A stretch of 64,000 bases of DNA. Origin: Alphaproteobacteria bacterium (GTDB taxonomy: Bacteria; Pseudomonadota; Alphaproteobacteria; Rs-D84). The notes beneath the pieces were generated by a model, which was not told the origin of the DNA, did not search any database, and worked only from the letters and a program-made list of their open reading frames with translations. This document shows, in pieces, positions 10,389 through 19,796 of the stretch (the first letter of the stretch is position 1; each line of letters begins with the position of its first letter). The translations under genes were made by a program, and so were the position numbers. The stretch spans positions 31,638 to 95,637 of the forward strand of contig JAGBVH010000024.1 of the NCBI GenBank assembly GCA_017630405.1, written 5' to 3'.

Positions 10389-11240
10389 ATGGCATTGCCA
10401 ACATTTACAATGAAACAGTTGATGGAAGCTGGTGTTCATTTTGGTCACCATACACGTCGCTGGAATCCTCTGATGACACCATATGTTTATGGCGTTAAGG
10501 ATAAAATTCACATTATTAACTTGAACAAAACTGCACCTTTGTTGCATCGTTCTTTGGTTGCATTGGAAGCTATTGCAGCCGCTGGTGGTAAAGTGTTGTT
10601 TGTTGCAACAAAACATCAGGCAAAAGATATCGTTAAAGATGCTGCTGAACGTTGCGGTCAGTACTATGTTAATAATCGTTGGTTGGGTGGTATGTTGACA
10701 AACTGGACTACAGTTTCTCAGTCTATCCGTCGTTTGAAAAAGATGGAAGCAGATATCGCCAATGCTGACAAATTGGGCTTGACCAAGAAAGAAGTCGGCG
10801 TTATGACCAAAGAAGTTGAAAAATTGCGTGGCATTTTCGGTGGTATTATGGAAATGCACGGCACACCTCAGGCAATGGTGGTTATCGATGTTCCACGTGA
10901 AATGAACGCTGTTCGTGAAGCGAAAAACTTGGATATCCCAACAATCGCAATTTGCGATACAAACGCAAACCCAGAAATTGTTGACTATCCAGTCCCAGGT
11001 AATGACGACGCAGCACGCGCAACACAGTTGTACTGTGACTTGTTCGTAGATGCGATTTTGTCTGGTATCGAAAAACGCTTGGGTGGCGCAGCGGGCAAAA
11101 AAGTTGAATCTGATATGAAAGCAGATGCAGCAGATGAATTGGAAGAAGAAGTTAAAGCAAAAGAAGCTAAAATCAAATCCAAAACATCAGAAGCACGTGC
11201 AGAACGCCGTGGCAAATTGGCCGAAAAAGCAGATAAATAA
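10389..11240 (+). CDS. rpsB: 30S ribosomal protein S2
   Basis: MALPTFTMKQLMEAGVHFGHHTRRWNP... Acidic Lys/Glu-rich C-terminal tail. Confidence 0.95.
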   Translation: MALPTFTMKQLMEAGVHFGHHTRRWNPLMTPYVYGVKDKIHIINLNKTAPLLHRSLVALEAIAAAGGKVLFVATKHQAKDIVKDAAERCGQYYVNNRWLGGMLTNWTTVSQSIRRLKKMEADIANADKLGLTKKEVGVMTKEVEKLRGIFGGIMEMHGTPQAMVVIDVPREMNAVREAKNLDIPTIAICDTNANPEIVDYPVPGNDDAARATQLYCDLFVDAILSGIEKRLGGAAGKKVESDMKADAADELEEEVKAKEAKIKSKTSEARAERRGKLAEKADK

Positions 11241-11311
11241 TATCTGATACACAAAATAAACACGCAGGGGGCAACCCCTGCGTACATCAAGAATTTATAT
11301 GGGAGAAAACA

Positions 11312-12181
11312 ATGGCAGAAATTACAGCAAAATTAATTCAAGAACTGCGCGAAAAAACCGCTGCGGGTATGATGGATTGTAAAAAAGCCCTGATGGAAAA
11401 CGATGGCGATATTCAGGCTGCCGCTGATTGGTTACGCCAGAAAGGTATTGTTAAAGCAGCATCCAAGGCTGGTCGTGTTGCCGCATCTGGTTTGGTCACA
11501 GTTGTAAAATGTGACGGTATGGGCTGTGTTGTTGAATTGAATGCAGAAACAGACTTTGTTGCGAAAAATGACAAGTTCCAGAAATTGGTTGCCGATGTTG
11601 CAGACAAAGCGATGGAATTCAAGGGTGACTTTGAAGCAACTATGAATGCAGTAAAAGATGATATCGCAGCAACAATCGCGACAATCGGTGAAAATATGAA
11701 TCTGCGCCGTATCGCAACTGTTAATGGTGATAAAATCTTTACATACATCCACAATGCTTTGGTCCCAGGTATGGGTCAGATTGGTGTTGCAGTTGCTATC
11801 AACGGAACAGATGAAAAAATCAATGAAATTGGTTCCAAGGTTGCAATGCACATCGCAGCTAATAAACCTGAATTTATGACAATTGCTGATGTTGATCCAG
11901 TTGCAGTTGAACGCGAAAAGAAAGTGTTCATTGAATCTGGCGCAACAGCGGGTAAACCTGAAAACATCGTTGAAAAGATGGTAGAAGGTCGTATTAAAAA
12001 ATACTATGGTGAAAGCGTTCTGGAAGAACAGGCATTCGTCATGGACCCAAGCAAGACAGTAAAAGAAGTTATCGCAGAAGTTGGTGGTAAATTGGCTGGC
12101 TTTGCATGCTTCGTTTTGGGTGAAGGTATCGAAAAACGCGAAGACAATTTGGCTGATGAAGTTGCCAAAATGTTGGCCTAG
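11312..12181 (+). CDS. tsf: Elongation factor Ts
   Basis: MAEITAKLIQELREKTAAGMMDCKKAL... and ETDFVAKNDKFQ. Immediately downstream of rpsB, as in the conserved operon. Confidence 0.95.
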   Translation: MAEITAKLIQELREKTAAGMMDCKKALMENDGDIQAAADWLRQKGIVKAASKAGRVAASGLVTVVKCDGMGCVVELNAETDFVAKNDKFQKLVADVADKAMEFKGDFEATMNAVKDDIAATIATIGENMNLRRIATVNGDKIFTYIHNALVPGMGQIGVAVAINGTDEKINEIGSKVAMHIAANKPEFMTIADVDPVAVEREKKVFIESGATAGKPENIVEKMVEGRIKKYYGESVLEEQAFVMDPSKTVKEVIAEVGGKLAGFACFVLGEGIEKREDNLADEVAKMLA

Positions 12182-12201
12182 GTTTTTTAGAAAAAATATA
12201 G

Positions 12202-12230
12202 AAAGTCCTGCCGTTTGGTGGGACTTTTTG
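12202..12230 (+). terminator. Rho-independent terminator after tsf
   Basis: AAAGTCC tgccgtttggtg GGACTTTTTG hairpin plus T-tract. Confidence 0.6.
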
Positions 12231-12260
12231 TTTGACAAAAATCCTTTTTGCGATAAGATG
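12231..12260 (+). promoter_or_regulatory. Sigma70-like promoter for the radical-SAM cassette
   Basis: TTGACA-N17-TAAGAT immediately upstream of ATG 12263. The very short leader may mean the true start is further downstream. Confidence 0.4.
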
Positions 12261-12262
12261 TC

Positions 12263-13330
12263 GTGGCTATGGAATATATTGACATTGCGGTTAATGCTTT
12301 TGCAGATGAGGTGTCGGACATCCTGTGTGATTTTCGCAATTACGAGGTCGAGGCTGTATTTTATTTGACCGAGCATTGTAATCTGGCGTGCCCTGGTTGC
12401 TATATGCAGGCATCCCCAAATAAGTCCAAGGACGTATTGCCGACTATGGATATAGAATTTTATTTGTATGAGTTAAAAAAATTACCAAATTTTGTTAATA
12501 CTGTCGTCTTTTCTGGGGGCGAGATTTTTACCACACCATTGGAGTATATAAAACGTAATGCCCAGCAGGTTTTGGACAATGGGTGTGCGTTGCAGCTTAA
12601 AACAAACGGTTCGTGGGCTAATAATCCAGCCCAGCGCAATCAAGTTTTGTCTATGTTGCGCCAATTGCGGCCATGGTATGGCAGGATGCAGTACGAGTAT
12701 TCGATTAACGATGTTTTTAATAATGTGCCGAATTGGTTAAACAAGGCCTTGGGGCGTTTATATTGGAATAGGCTTGTCAGGGTGCCGGCATTGGATATGG
12801 CAATTTCGGTCGATAATATTTTACATCCGGAAAAGTCTGCTGATTGGTTCTGTGATATTGTGAATGCGGTGACCGAGGACAAGGAATTGGCACGCAAAAT
12901 CAATCTTAAAAGTTTTAGTTTCTTTCAGGCAGGCAGCCATTTCCGCGATAAAGTGATTAATAACGAAAAATTAAAGATGACGCATTTTTCGGTGCACAGT
13001 CGTATCCCTGTATGTAAATATCGCGTTAATGGTCATCGCGTGGAATCTTATCTGGGGAATTATGTTAATGTTGCTAATATAGATATGTATGAAAAGTTAA
13101 GCAATATTGTATTGTGTCCAATCGGTAATGTGACCGGACGATTGGTTTACTGTTTTTACCCAGACGAAACGGTTGGATTGGATTGTCTGCATTTGGAATC
13201 GGTGGGGCGTGTACCATATATTGATGAAAATGGTGAATATAAAAGTATCAGCAGAATCACCAAGGATATACATGATAAACTGGTTGCGGATTATCGTGCT
13301 GAGTTGCTAAAGAGAACAAAGGTGAAATGA
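12263..13330 (+). CDS. Radical SAM domain protein, function unknown
   Basis: CNLACPGC (CX3CX2C) at 12377..12400, with a downstream SGGE glycine-rich SAM-binding motif. Six more Cys in the C-terminal third but no clean SPASM pattern. AT-rich codon usage relative to neighbours. Confidence 0.65.
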   Translation: MAMEYIDIAVNAFADEVSDILCDFRNYEVEAVFYLTEHCNLACPGCYMQASPNKSKDVLPTMDIEFYLYELKKLPNFVNTVVFSGGEIFTTPLEYIKRNAQQVLDNGCALQLKTNGSWANNPAQRNQVLSMLRQLRPWYGRMQYEYSINDVFNNVPNWLNKALGRLYWNRLVRVPALDMAISVDNILHPEKSADWFCDIVNAVTEDKELARKINLKSFSFFQAGSHFRDKVINNEKLKMTHFSVHSRIPVCKYRVNGHRVESYLGNYVNVANIDMYEKLSNIVLCPIGNVTGRLVYCFYPDETVGLDCLHLESVGRVPYIDENGEYKSISRITKDIHDKLVADYRAELLKRTKVK

Positions 13331-13938
13331 TGGCAAAATATTCGGTGACACAAGAAGAATATAATATTCTGTTGCGCGAGTACAAGCGTTTGGGGCTGAT
13401 GTTGGAAAATGTAGAGATTGTTAAGAAGCCAATCCCGCTTGAGCCGCATATGATTGATATGTTTGGTCAGTTGGATGCGGGTACAATGCAGCGCCTGTTT
13501 GGAAAAAATGCTGATAATATTTGGTACTATAATTTTGATGCTGGTAAGTGGTGTGCGAACGGGTTGCTGGAAAATGGTTTTTTTCATGCTCGCTATAACA
13601 CAACAAATGTAAAAGTGTTTAAGCGTGTGATCGAAGAGGAAAATAAGAATATCGAGGTTGCGGCCTGTGTTGTAATGCCGGTCGAAGGCGATGGTTCTGC
13701 GATTGAAACAGGGGCTATTGTAGAAAAGCCAAGGTTCTGTTTTGGCGGATTGGGGGCGGTTGCAACACTGGTGTGTCGTGATAAGGCAACCAAGCAGTTT
13801 ATGAAACCTTTTGATTGGATTTGGGTGGACTTGTATTCTTCGAAATACCAATGTATGCAGGCCGCGATGTCAAGATTTGCAGTCGAAGGGGCGCGTAATT
13901 ATTATTTTCGTCAGGCACTGCTTGGAAAGCGCAGATAA
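13327..13938 (+). CDS. Hypothetical protein, translationally coupled to the radical SAM gene (ATGA overlap)
   Basis: 203-aa ORF whose start overlaps the rSAM stop by 4 nt. No recognisable motifs and no P-loop. Confidence 0.45.
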   Translation: MMAKYSVTQEEYNILLREYKRLGLMLENVEIVKKPIPLEPHMIDMFGQLDAGTMQRLFGKNADNIWYYNFDAGKWCANGLLENGFFHARYNTTNVKVFKRVIEEENKNIEVAACVVMPVEGDGSAIETGAIVEKPRFCFGGLGAVATLVCRDKATKQFMKPFDWIWVDLYSSKYQCMQAAMSRFAVEGARNYYFRQALLGKRR

Positions 13939-14002
13939 TAATTTGTATGTTTCCTTGCGTGTGGCGTAAAAGAGTGATATTATCTGTCTTGATATAAAGG
14001 AA

Positions 14003-15223
14003 ATGGCGATGCAAAATGAGTTGTTAAAAGAATTAGAAGCGCGTGGTTTTATTAATCAGACTTCAAATATGGATGGCTTAAATGCGGCATTGAACGCCGG
14101 TAAAATCACAGCGTATTTGGGCTCTGACCCTACGGCGGACAGTTTACATGTTGGACACTTGGTGCCGGTTATGATGATGCGCTGGCTGCAGAAGTATGGT
14201 CATCGTCCGATTGCGTTGGTTGGTGGGGCAACAGGGCGCATTGGCGATCCGTCGGGTCGTGATTCTGGTCGTCCTATGATGACTGAAGAAGTTCTGGCAA
14301 AAAATGTTGCTGGATTAAAGAAGTCTTTTTCCAAGTTTTTGCGGTTTGGCGAAAATGATAATGATGCGCTGATGGTGGATAATTATGATTGGATGAAGCA
14401 GTACAGCCATTTGGATTTTTTGCGCGATTTTGGAACTGATTTTACTGTGCCAAGAATGTTGTCTATGGATTCTGTGAAACGCCGTTTGGATAATGGTATG
14501 ACTTTCTTGGAATTTAATTACATGACATTTCAGGCAGTTGACTTTTTGACATTGTATCGTGAACATAATTGCGTTCTGCAGACTTGTGGTGCTGACCAAT
14601 GGGGAAATGCGATTATGGGTATCGAACTGGTGCGTAAAAAACTGGGTAAAGAAGTTTTTGTTTTGTCGACTTCGTTGATTACAGATGCCAATGGTAATAA
14701 AATTGGTAAGTCTGCTGGTAATGCGGTTTGGGTAAATGAAGATAAAACTTCGCCATATGAATATTATCAGTATTTCCGTAATATATCGGATGATTTGGTT
14801 GAAAAGTTCCTGAAGATATTTACAGAAATTCCATTGGATGAGATTGCGCGTCTGTCTGCCTTGCGGGGCGCGGAATTAAATGAAGCCAAAAAAGTTTTGG
14901 CGTTTGCTGCAACCGAAATTGCACATGGACGTGAAGCTGCGGAAAAGGCTGCTGAAGCGGCGGCGGCGTTGTTCGGTGGCGGTGCAGATATGAGTAATGT
15001 TCCATCCAAGGAAATTGAAATGGTTGATGAAATGCCAATTTTGGATTTCTTGGTTATGACAGGTTTGTTCCCGTCTAAGTCCGAAGCGCGCCGTATGGTC
15101 GAGCAGGGCGGTGTTCAAATTGATGGTGTGAAAATCACAGATATCAAATATATTGTATCGCCGGCGGATGAATTGATGGTTCAAAAAGGGAAAAAGACTT
15201 TCTTGAAAGTTATCAAGAAATAA
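14003..15223 (+). CDS. tyrS: Tyrosyl-tRNA synthetase
   Basis: HIGH motif (DPTADSLHVGHLVPV), KMSKS-like KIGKSAGNAVW, and a C-terminal S4-like domain. ATG 14009 is an alternative start. Confidence 0.9.
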   Translation: MAMQNELLKELEARGFINQTSNMDGLNAALNAGKITAYLGSDPTADSLHVGHLVPVMMMRWLQKYGHRPIALVGGATGRIGDPSGRDSGRPMMTEEVLAKNVAGLKKSFSKFLRFGENDNDALMVDNYDWMKQYSHLDFLRDFGTDFTVPRMLSMDSVKRRLDNGMTFLEFNYMTFQAVDFLTLYREHNCVLQTCGADQWGNAIMGIELVRKKLGKEVFVLSTSLITDANGNKIGKSAGNAVWVNEDKTSPYEYYQYFRNISDDLVEKFLKIFTEIPLDEIARLSALRGAELNEAKKVLAFAATEIAHGREAAEKAAEAAAALFGGGADMSNVPSKEIEMVDEMPILDFLVMTGLFPSKSEARRMVEQGGVQIDGVKITDIKYIVSPADELMVQKGKKTFLKVIKK

Positions 15224-15250
15224 AAAACGGGGGAAACCCCGTTTTTTATT
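15222..15250. terminator. Bidirectional rho-independent terminator between tyrS (+) and the 15246..15764 (-) gene
   Basis: AAAAAACGGGGG aaa CCCCGTTTTTTATTT. Confidence 0.7.
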
Positions 15251-15764
15251 TGTTCATATACTCAACCAATGTTTGCAGATATTCGTGATATGCAGAATAT
15301 ACTGTTTCGTTTTCTGAATCAATAACGCCTGGGGCGGATTGCAGATAGTTGAAAGCAGCCTCGGCTGAATCAAAAATCAAGATGTCAGAATCCAAAGGGT
15401 TTTTGTTCATATGTTTTTTTGTTTCCGCATAGGATGCGCCGATTGTACCCTTTGGTGTGTCTGTTGGGTCAATCAAAATTGCGTTGATATGTAATGTTGT
15501 GGCATCCAATGTTTCTGCGACTAACTGTTTAATCTGGCGCATTGTTTTCAGCATAGCGGTGCTGGAAATCCCCTGGGCAGCAACCCATAATGTTTCGGCC
15601 GAATCATCATGTGCCAATGTGAAAACTGTTGAGTTTTTTCCGCTTTTTACAACGATTGGTGTTTCAATTGGTGTGAAATTTGCAGAACTAAAAATATATC
15701 CAAAACAATGAAAAATAGACAGATTGTGTATGAAATCTTGGTGTGTTGTATCTTGTTTAGCCAT
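15246..15764 (-). CDS. Hypothetical protein
   Basis: 172-aa ORF with its own terminator and a divergent promoter region. No recognisable motif. Confidence 0.4.
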   Translation of the reverse strand: MAKQDTTHQDFIHNLSIFHCFGYIFSSANFTPIETPIVVKSGKNSTVFTLAHDDSAETLWVAAQGISSTAMLKTMRQIKQLVAETLDATTLHINAILIDPTDTPKGTIGASYAETKKHMNKNPLDSDILIFDSAEAAFNYLQSAPGVIDSENETVYSAYHEYLQTLVEYMNK

Positions 15765-15845
15765 TGTATTTTCTCCCTTCTGAGAATTATTATATCATAA
15801 AAATCGATGCGTTGCAATTTGAATAAGTTTTGATATAATGTCGGC

Positions 15846-16919
15846 ATGCGTTTATTTATTATAATCTTTGCTTTTTTTGTTTCGTTTTCGGATTGTGGCT
15901 ATGCTGCATCTGAATTGTCAAAAATAAAAGCTGAAATTAAACAGACCGAGCAACAGAATAAAAAACTGGAGCAACAGGTTAAGACTTCTGAACGCGATGT
16001 GGCAAAAACCAAAAAGGATTTGGTCAAGGCCGCGGACAAGGTCAGCAGTCTGGAAGAACAGCGCAGTGCCATGGCGAAAAAGATTGCGGAATTGGATGCA
16101 CAACGCGATAAAATATCACGGGATATGTATAATAATCGTGAACGGGTTGCCGATGCTGCGGCCAGTATTTTGTTTGTTGCATCAAACCCAAGTTTCGATA
16201 CGGATAATATGCGTGAATATGTTTTGACATCTGCGGTTTTGTCTGGGGTGGCAAATGAACTGGATGTCGAGATAGAAAAGGCGGCTAAACAAATTGCAGA
16301 ACTGGAAGAAATCAGAAGCAAGCGTGCAATCGAAAAGGAAAAATTGGATCGTACGGCCAAGAAATATGCGACCGAAAAGAAGCAGTTGGATAAATTGCTG
16401 AAAACACGTAGCGCACAAAATGAAAAACTTAAAAATCAGCATTCGGCATTAAAAAAGAAATTGCGTGACCTGTCGGCACGCGCAAAAAGTATTTCTGAAT
16501 TGTCGGCCGGGGTTGGCAGTTCTGAGATGTCCGAGGATTCAAGATTTTCAAGACGAAAATTAAATTTGCCGGTACGCGGTCGTGTGGTCGTTAAGTTTGG
16601 GGAAAAGACGGCGCTGGGCCTGAAGTCTGATGGATGGCGTGTGCGTACGCGTGGCGAGTCGTTGGTTATGGCACCAGCAGATGGTGTGGTTAAGTTTGCG
16701 GACAGTTTCCGTGGCTTTGGCAAGGTGGTGATTATGTCACATAAAAATGGTTATAATACTGTTATGACAAATCTTGGGAATATCGATGTTATGTTGGAAC
16801 AGGAAGTGCTGGCGGGCGAACCGATTGGGCGCATGAATCCAGACAAGCCTGAAATGTATTTGGAAGTGCGGCGTGGTAACAAGGCGGTTGACCCTGCGCG
16901 ATTGTTCAAGGCTGAATAA
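15846..16919 (+). CDS. EnvC/NlpD-like murein hydrolase activator (coiled-coil plus degenerate LytM/M23 domain)
   Basis: Signal peptide. About 200 aa of Lys/Glu/Gln-rich coiled coil. C-terminal M23-type domain: GLKSDGWRVRTRGESLVMAPADGVVKFAD...GKVVIMSHKNGYNTVMTNL. Confidence 0.75.
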   Translation: MRLFIIIFAFFVSFSDCGYAASELSKIKAEIKQTEQQNKKLEQQVKTSERDVAKTKKDLVKAADKVSSLEEQRSAMAKKIAELDAQRDKISRDMYNNRERVADAAASILFVASNPSFDTDNMREYVLTSAVLSGVANELDVEIEKAAKQIAELEEIRSKRAIEKEKLDRTAKKYATEKKQLDKLLKTRSAQNEKLKNQHSALKKKLRDLSARAKSISELSAGVGSSEMSEDSRFSRRKLNLPVRGRVVVKFGEKTALGLKSDGWRVRTRGESLVMAPADGVVKFADSFRGFGKVVIMSHKNGYNTVMTNLGNIDVMLEQEVLAGEPIGRMNPDKPEMYLEVRRGNKAVDPARLFKAE

Positions 16920-16949
16920 AAAAACGCCCCAAGTGGGGCGAATTTTTTT
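16917..16949. terminator. Bidirectional terminator between the envC-like (+) and Fic/Doc-like (-) genes
   Basis: AAAAAACGCCCC aagt GGGGCG aaTTTTTTT. Confidence 0.65.
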
Positions 16950-17661
16950 AGATTGAGTGGTAATTTAATTTTTCTATGAATAAATCTTGTGTTCTGGACA
17001 TGCATTTGTACATATAATTATAATATGATTTTTTGTCACCACGCATGCCAAGGCGCAGGGCGTTCATATAATCTTGGTTGTCTGAAATCGCATTAAATGC
17101 GATTGGACGATAGCCACGATTGATTAAGAACCAATTCATCAACATACGCGCTGTGCGTTTGTTAAAATCTGTGAAAGGCTGCAGCATGATAATGTCATAA
17201 TGCACATCAAATGCGCGTTGCAGTATGCTGGCGTTGCCGCTGTTAAGGCGATATAAGATATCATCTAGCTTTTGGCGAACAACTTCTTGGCTTGCAGGTG
17301 CTTCGATAATTGTTTGTAGGTTGCATACGCTTTTTATGCGGATTTCCCCCGGTATAACATCTGTTTCTTGGGCCAGACTGCGATGAATATCAAATACTTC
17401 CCTGATGGTAAAGTTAGCGATATTTGTTCTTGATACAATCATATCCCATGTTTGTCCAATATTGTGAATGCTTTCGCTGCTTGTTTCATGACGAATATGC
17501 GCATCGTGACATTGGTTTAATACAAGTGTTTCTTTGATAAAGGCGCTTTTAATCCATGCGATATCATCAAGGTGTTTAGCCTTGCTGTGAAGTAATTGTG
17601 TAATAGTTTCGCGTTTTTCTTCTATTGCGCGTTTGATATCATATACTTGTTTTTTAGTCAT
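16948..17661 (-). CDS. Fic/Doc-family protein with non-canonical active-site motif
   Basis: The segment LQPFTDFNKRTARMLMNW (nt 17146..17181) aligns with the Fic HPFx(D/E)GNGR and Doc HxFx(D/N)(A/G)NKR motifs. Here His is replaced by Gln and Gly-Asn-Gly by Phe-Asn-Lys. Confidence 0.55.
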   Translation of the reverse strand: MTKKQVYDIKRAIEEKRETITQLLHSKAKHLDDIAWIKSAFIKETLVLNQCHDAHIRHETSSESIHNIGQTWDMIVSRTNIANFTIREVFDIHRSLAQETDVIPGEIRIKSVCNLQTIIEAPASQEVVRQKLDDILYRLNSGNASILQRAFDVHYDIIMLQPFTDFNKRTARMLMNWFLINRGYRPIAFNAISDNQDYMNALRLGMRGDKKSYYNYMYKCMSRTQDLFIEKLNYHSI

Positions 17662-17807
17662 GATACAACCTCTTGCTTTCTATAAATATAGCACAGAATA
17701 CGGATTTGTCAATATTTTGATTCAAAAGAGTTTTTTGTGGAAATTTGGGGTTGAATGCTGGATTTTTTTGCTTTATGCTGTTGGTACTGAACGAAAGGAA
17801 TTTATAT

Positions 17808-19211
17808 ATGTTTAAGAAGCTGCTGGTTTTATTGTTGGTGTTGATACCTATGGTTGCGGATGCCGCGCCAAAGAAAAATAAGAAAAAAGAAGAACCTGTG
17901 GTTCATTTGACTGACGAGCAGATATATCAGGAATTGAAAAAGTTGGCGCTTATCTTTGAAACAGCGCGTGCGAACTTTGTGGAAGAGGCTGATGAAAAAA
18001 AGATGTTAGAGGCCGCTATGAACGGTATGTTGGGCGCGTTGGACCCTCATTCTTCGTATCTGTCGTTGGACGATTTCAAGGAATTTAGCGAAAAGTCACA
18101 TGGTGAATTTGGTGGTTTGGGTATTCAAATTACCAGTGATCGTGGGGCGGTGCGCGTAATTTCGCCAATCGATGATACACCTGCGGACAAGGCTGGTATC
18201 AAAGCAGGGGACTATATTACCCATATTGATGGTGAACAAGTGTTTGATTTAACTTTGAATCAGGCGGTTAAAAAGATGAAAGGTCGCCCAGGGACCAAGG
18301 TTAAGTTAACCATTGTTTCTGATGATGGCGAATCCAAGACTCTGACGTTGAAACGTGATATTATCAAGGTTAAGTCCGTTAAGTATGAAGAAAAGATGCT
18401 GGCAGATGCTGATAAGGAAGACGAAGAGACGCCAAAAGTTGGGTATGTTCGTATTTCGGATTTCGGTGCAACCACCGCCAAAGATTTGAAGGCTGCATTG
18501 AAGGACTTGGAAAAGAAGGATGTGGTTGGGTATGTGTTGGATGTACGTAATAATCCAGGGGGCTATTTAACCGCAGCGATAGAGGTTTCGGATGCGTTTC
18601 TTGATTCCGGAGAGATTGTTTCAACGCGCGGCAAAGAGAAGACGGATATTGAACGCAGTTTTGCGACCAAAGGTGATTTGGTCAATGGTAAACCAGTGGT
18701 TGTTTTGATAAATCATGGTTCGGCATCTGCGTCTGAAATTGTGGCCGGTGCGTTACAGGATAATGGACGTGCATTGGTTATGGGGTCGCAGTCATTTGGC
18801 AAGGGCAGCGTTCAACAGCAAAAGCCACTTGGCGATGGTACGGCAATCCATATAACAATTGCGCGTTATTATACGCCATCTGGACGGTCTATCCAGAACG
18901 AAGGTATTACACCAGATGTTGAGGTTCTGCATAGTAAAGTGGAAGTGATAGAGAAAAAAGAAAGTATGTATTCCGAGGCTTCTTTTAAAAATTCTTTGAA
19001 AAATGACAAGTCGTCTAAAAAGAAGGATGATAAAAAATCGGATGATGACGAAGATGAAAAAGAAGATTTGACCGATGAAGAAAAGGATGCTTTGGATTAT
19101 CAATTACAACGTGCGATGGATATGGTGATTGCTATGGGCAAGATGCAGGCGCGCCAATCTGATAAAGTTGTGACGGACAATGAGGAAGAAAAGTCCGAAA
19201 AGAAGAAATAA
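17808..19211 (+). CDS. ctpA: Carboxy-terminal processing protease (S41 peptidase with PDZ domain)
   Basis: Signal peptide MFKKLLVLLLVLIPMVADA. PDZ segment GLGIQITSDRGAVRVISPIDDTPADKAGIKAGDYI. S41 catalytic region NHGSASASEIVAGALQDNGRALVMGSQSFGKGSVQ. Unusual ~70-aa Lys/Asp/Glu-rich C-terminal tail. Confidence 0.9.
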   Translation: MFKKLLVLLLVLIPMVADAAPKKNKKKEEPVVHLTDEQIYQELKKLALIFETARANFVEEADEKKMLEAAMNGMLGALDPHSSYLSLDDFKEFSEKSHGEFGGLGIQITSDRGAVRVISPIDDTPADKAGIKAGDYITHIDGEQVFDLTLNQAVKKMKGRPGTKVKLTIVSDDGESKTLTLKRDIIKVKSVKYEEKMLADADKEDEETPKVGYVRISDFGATTAKDLKAALKDLEKKDVVGYVLDVRNNPGGYLTAAIEVSDAFLDSGEIVSTRGKEKTDIERSFATKGDLVNGKPVVVLINHGSASASEIVAGALQDNGRALVMGSQSFGKGSVQQQKPLGDGTAIHITIARYYTPSGRSIQNEGITPDVEVLHSKVEVIEKKESMYSEASFKNSLKNDKSSKKKDDKKSDDDEDEKEDLTDEEKDALDYQLQRAMDMVIAMGKMQARQSDKVVTDNEEEKSEKKK

Positions 19212-19240
19212 AAAACTGGGGAAATCCCCAGTTTTTTATT
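19211..19240. terminator. Bidirectional terminator between ctpA (+) and the 19236..19796 (-) gene
   Basis: AAAAAACTGGGG aaat CCCCAGTTTTTTATT. Confidence 0.7.
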
Positions 19241-19796
19241 CCTTCAGCAAATCCGAAAGTCTCATCATAAGAATTTGCAGTTCTTTGTCCTTGGGATACG
19301 GATCACTTTTTTGTGTTTGGAAGGGGTTATTTTCAAGTTCTGGCATTTGTGCTGCTTTCATTATTTCTTCCAGCAGTGTGGCCCATTTGGAATCTTTTGC
19401 CCCGAGGTTTTTTACTTCGATTATCATACCGTTGCGTGCAACCTTGTATAATGTTTCGATTACATCCTGCATACGCTCGTCAATAAATTCATCCGGACAG
19501 TTTACATGAAATGTTAACTTTGGTTTATTTGAATTTGGTGCAGGTTCCCAATCAAGTGGAACAAGATCATCTTTGTCGTCAAGGGTTGTTTTATATGCTT
19601 GCATTATTGCCGCATTTACTCTGAGGCGAAAAGCAGCGATTTTGTGATTGCTTTTTCCTTTGAACGAATCCAACAAATAAACATCTGAACCTTTTGTGAA
19701 AAGATCTTTTCTTTTTAATGGGTCTTTGACTGGGATGACAACTGATGGCCCCAGTTCAAGTTCAAAGTCTTCCATAAAATTCGGTTTGTTTGCCAT
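19236..19796 (-). CDS. Hypothetical protein
   Basis: 186-aa ORF bounded by a terminator and a divergent promoter region. No recognisable motif. Confidence 0.4.
   Translation of the reverse strand: MANKPNFMEDFELELGPSVVIPVKDPLKRKDLFTKGSDVYLLDSFKGKSNHKIAAFRLRVNAAIMQAYKTTLDDKDDLVPLDWEPAPNSNKPKLTFHVNCPDEFIDERMQDVIETLYKVARNGMIIEVKNLGAKDSKWATLLEEIMKAAQMPELENNPFQTQKSDPYPKDKELQILMMRLSDLLKE

Noticed and set aside
11432-12376. 314-aa minus-strand ORF opposite tsf, and similar long antisense ORFs (2577..3134, 4791..5270, 8354..8719, 15899..16360, 26555..27250, 36851..37624 and others)
   Set aside because: These are antisense to strongly supported genes (tsf, lpxI, polA, the large secreted protein, the envC-like gene, Cys-rich paralogs, the autotransporter). 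They have Cys/Phe/Asn-rich or Ala/Ser-rich artefactual composition and no Shine-Dalgarno.
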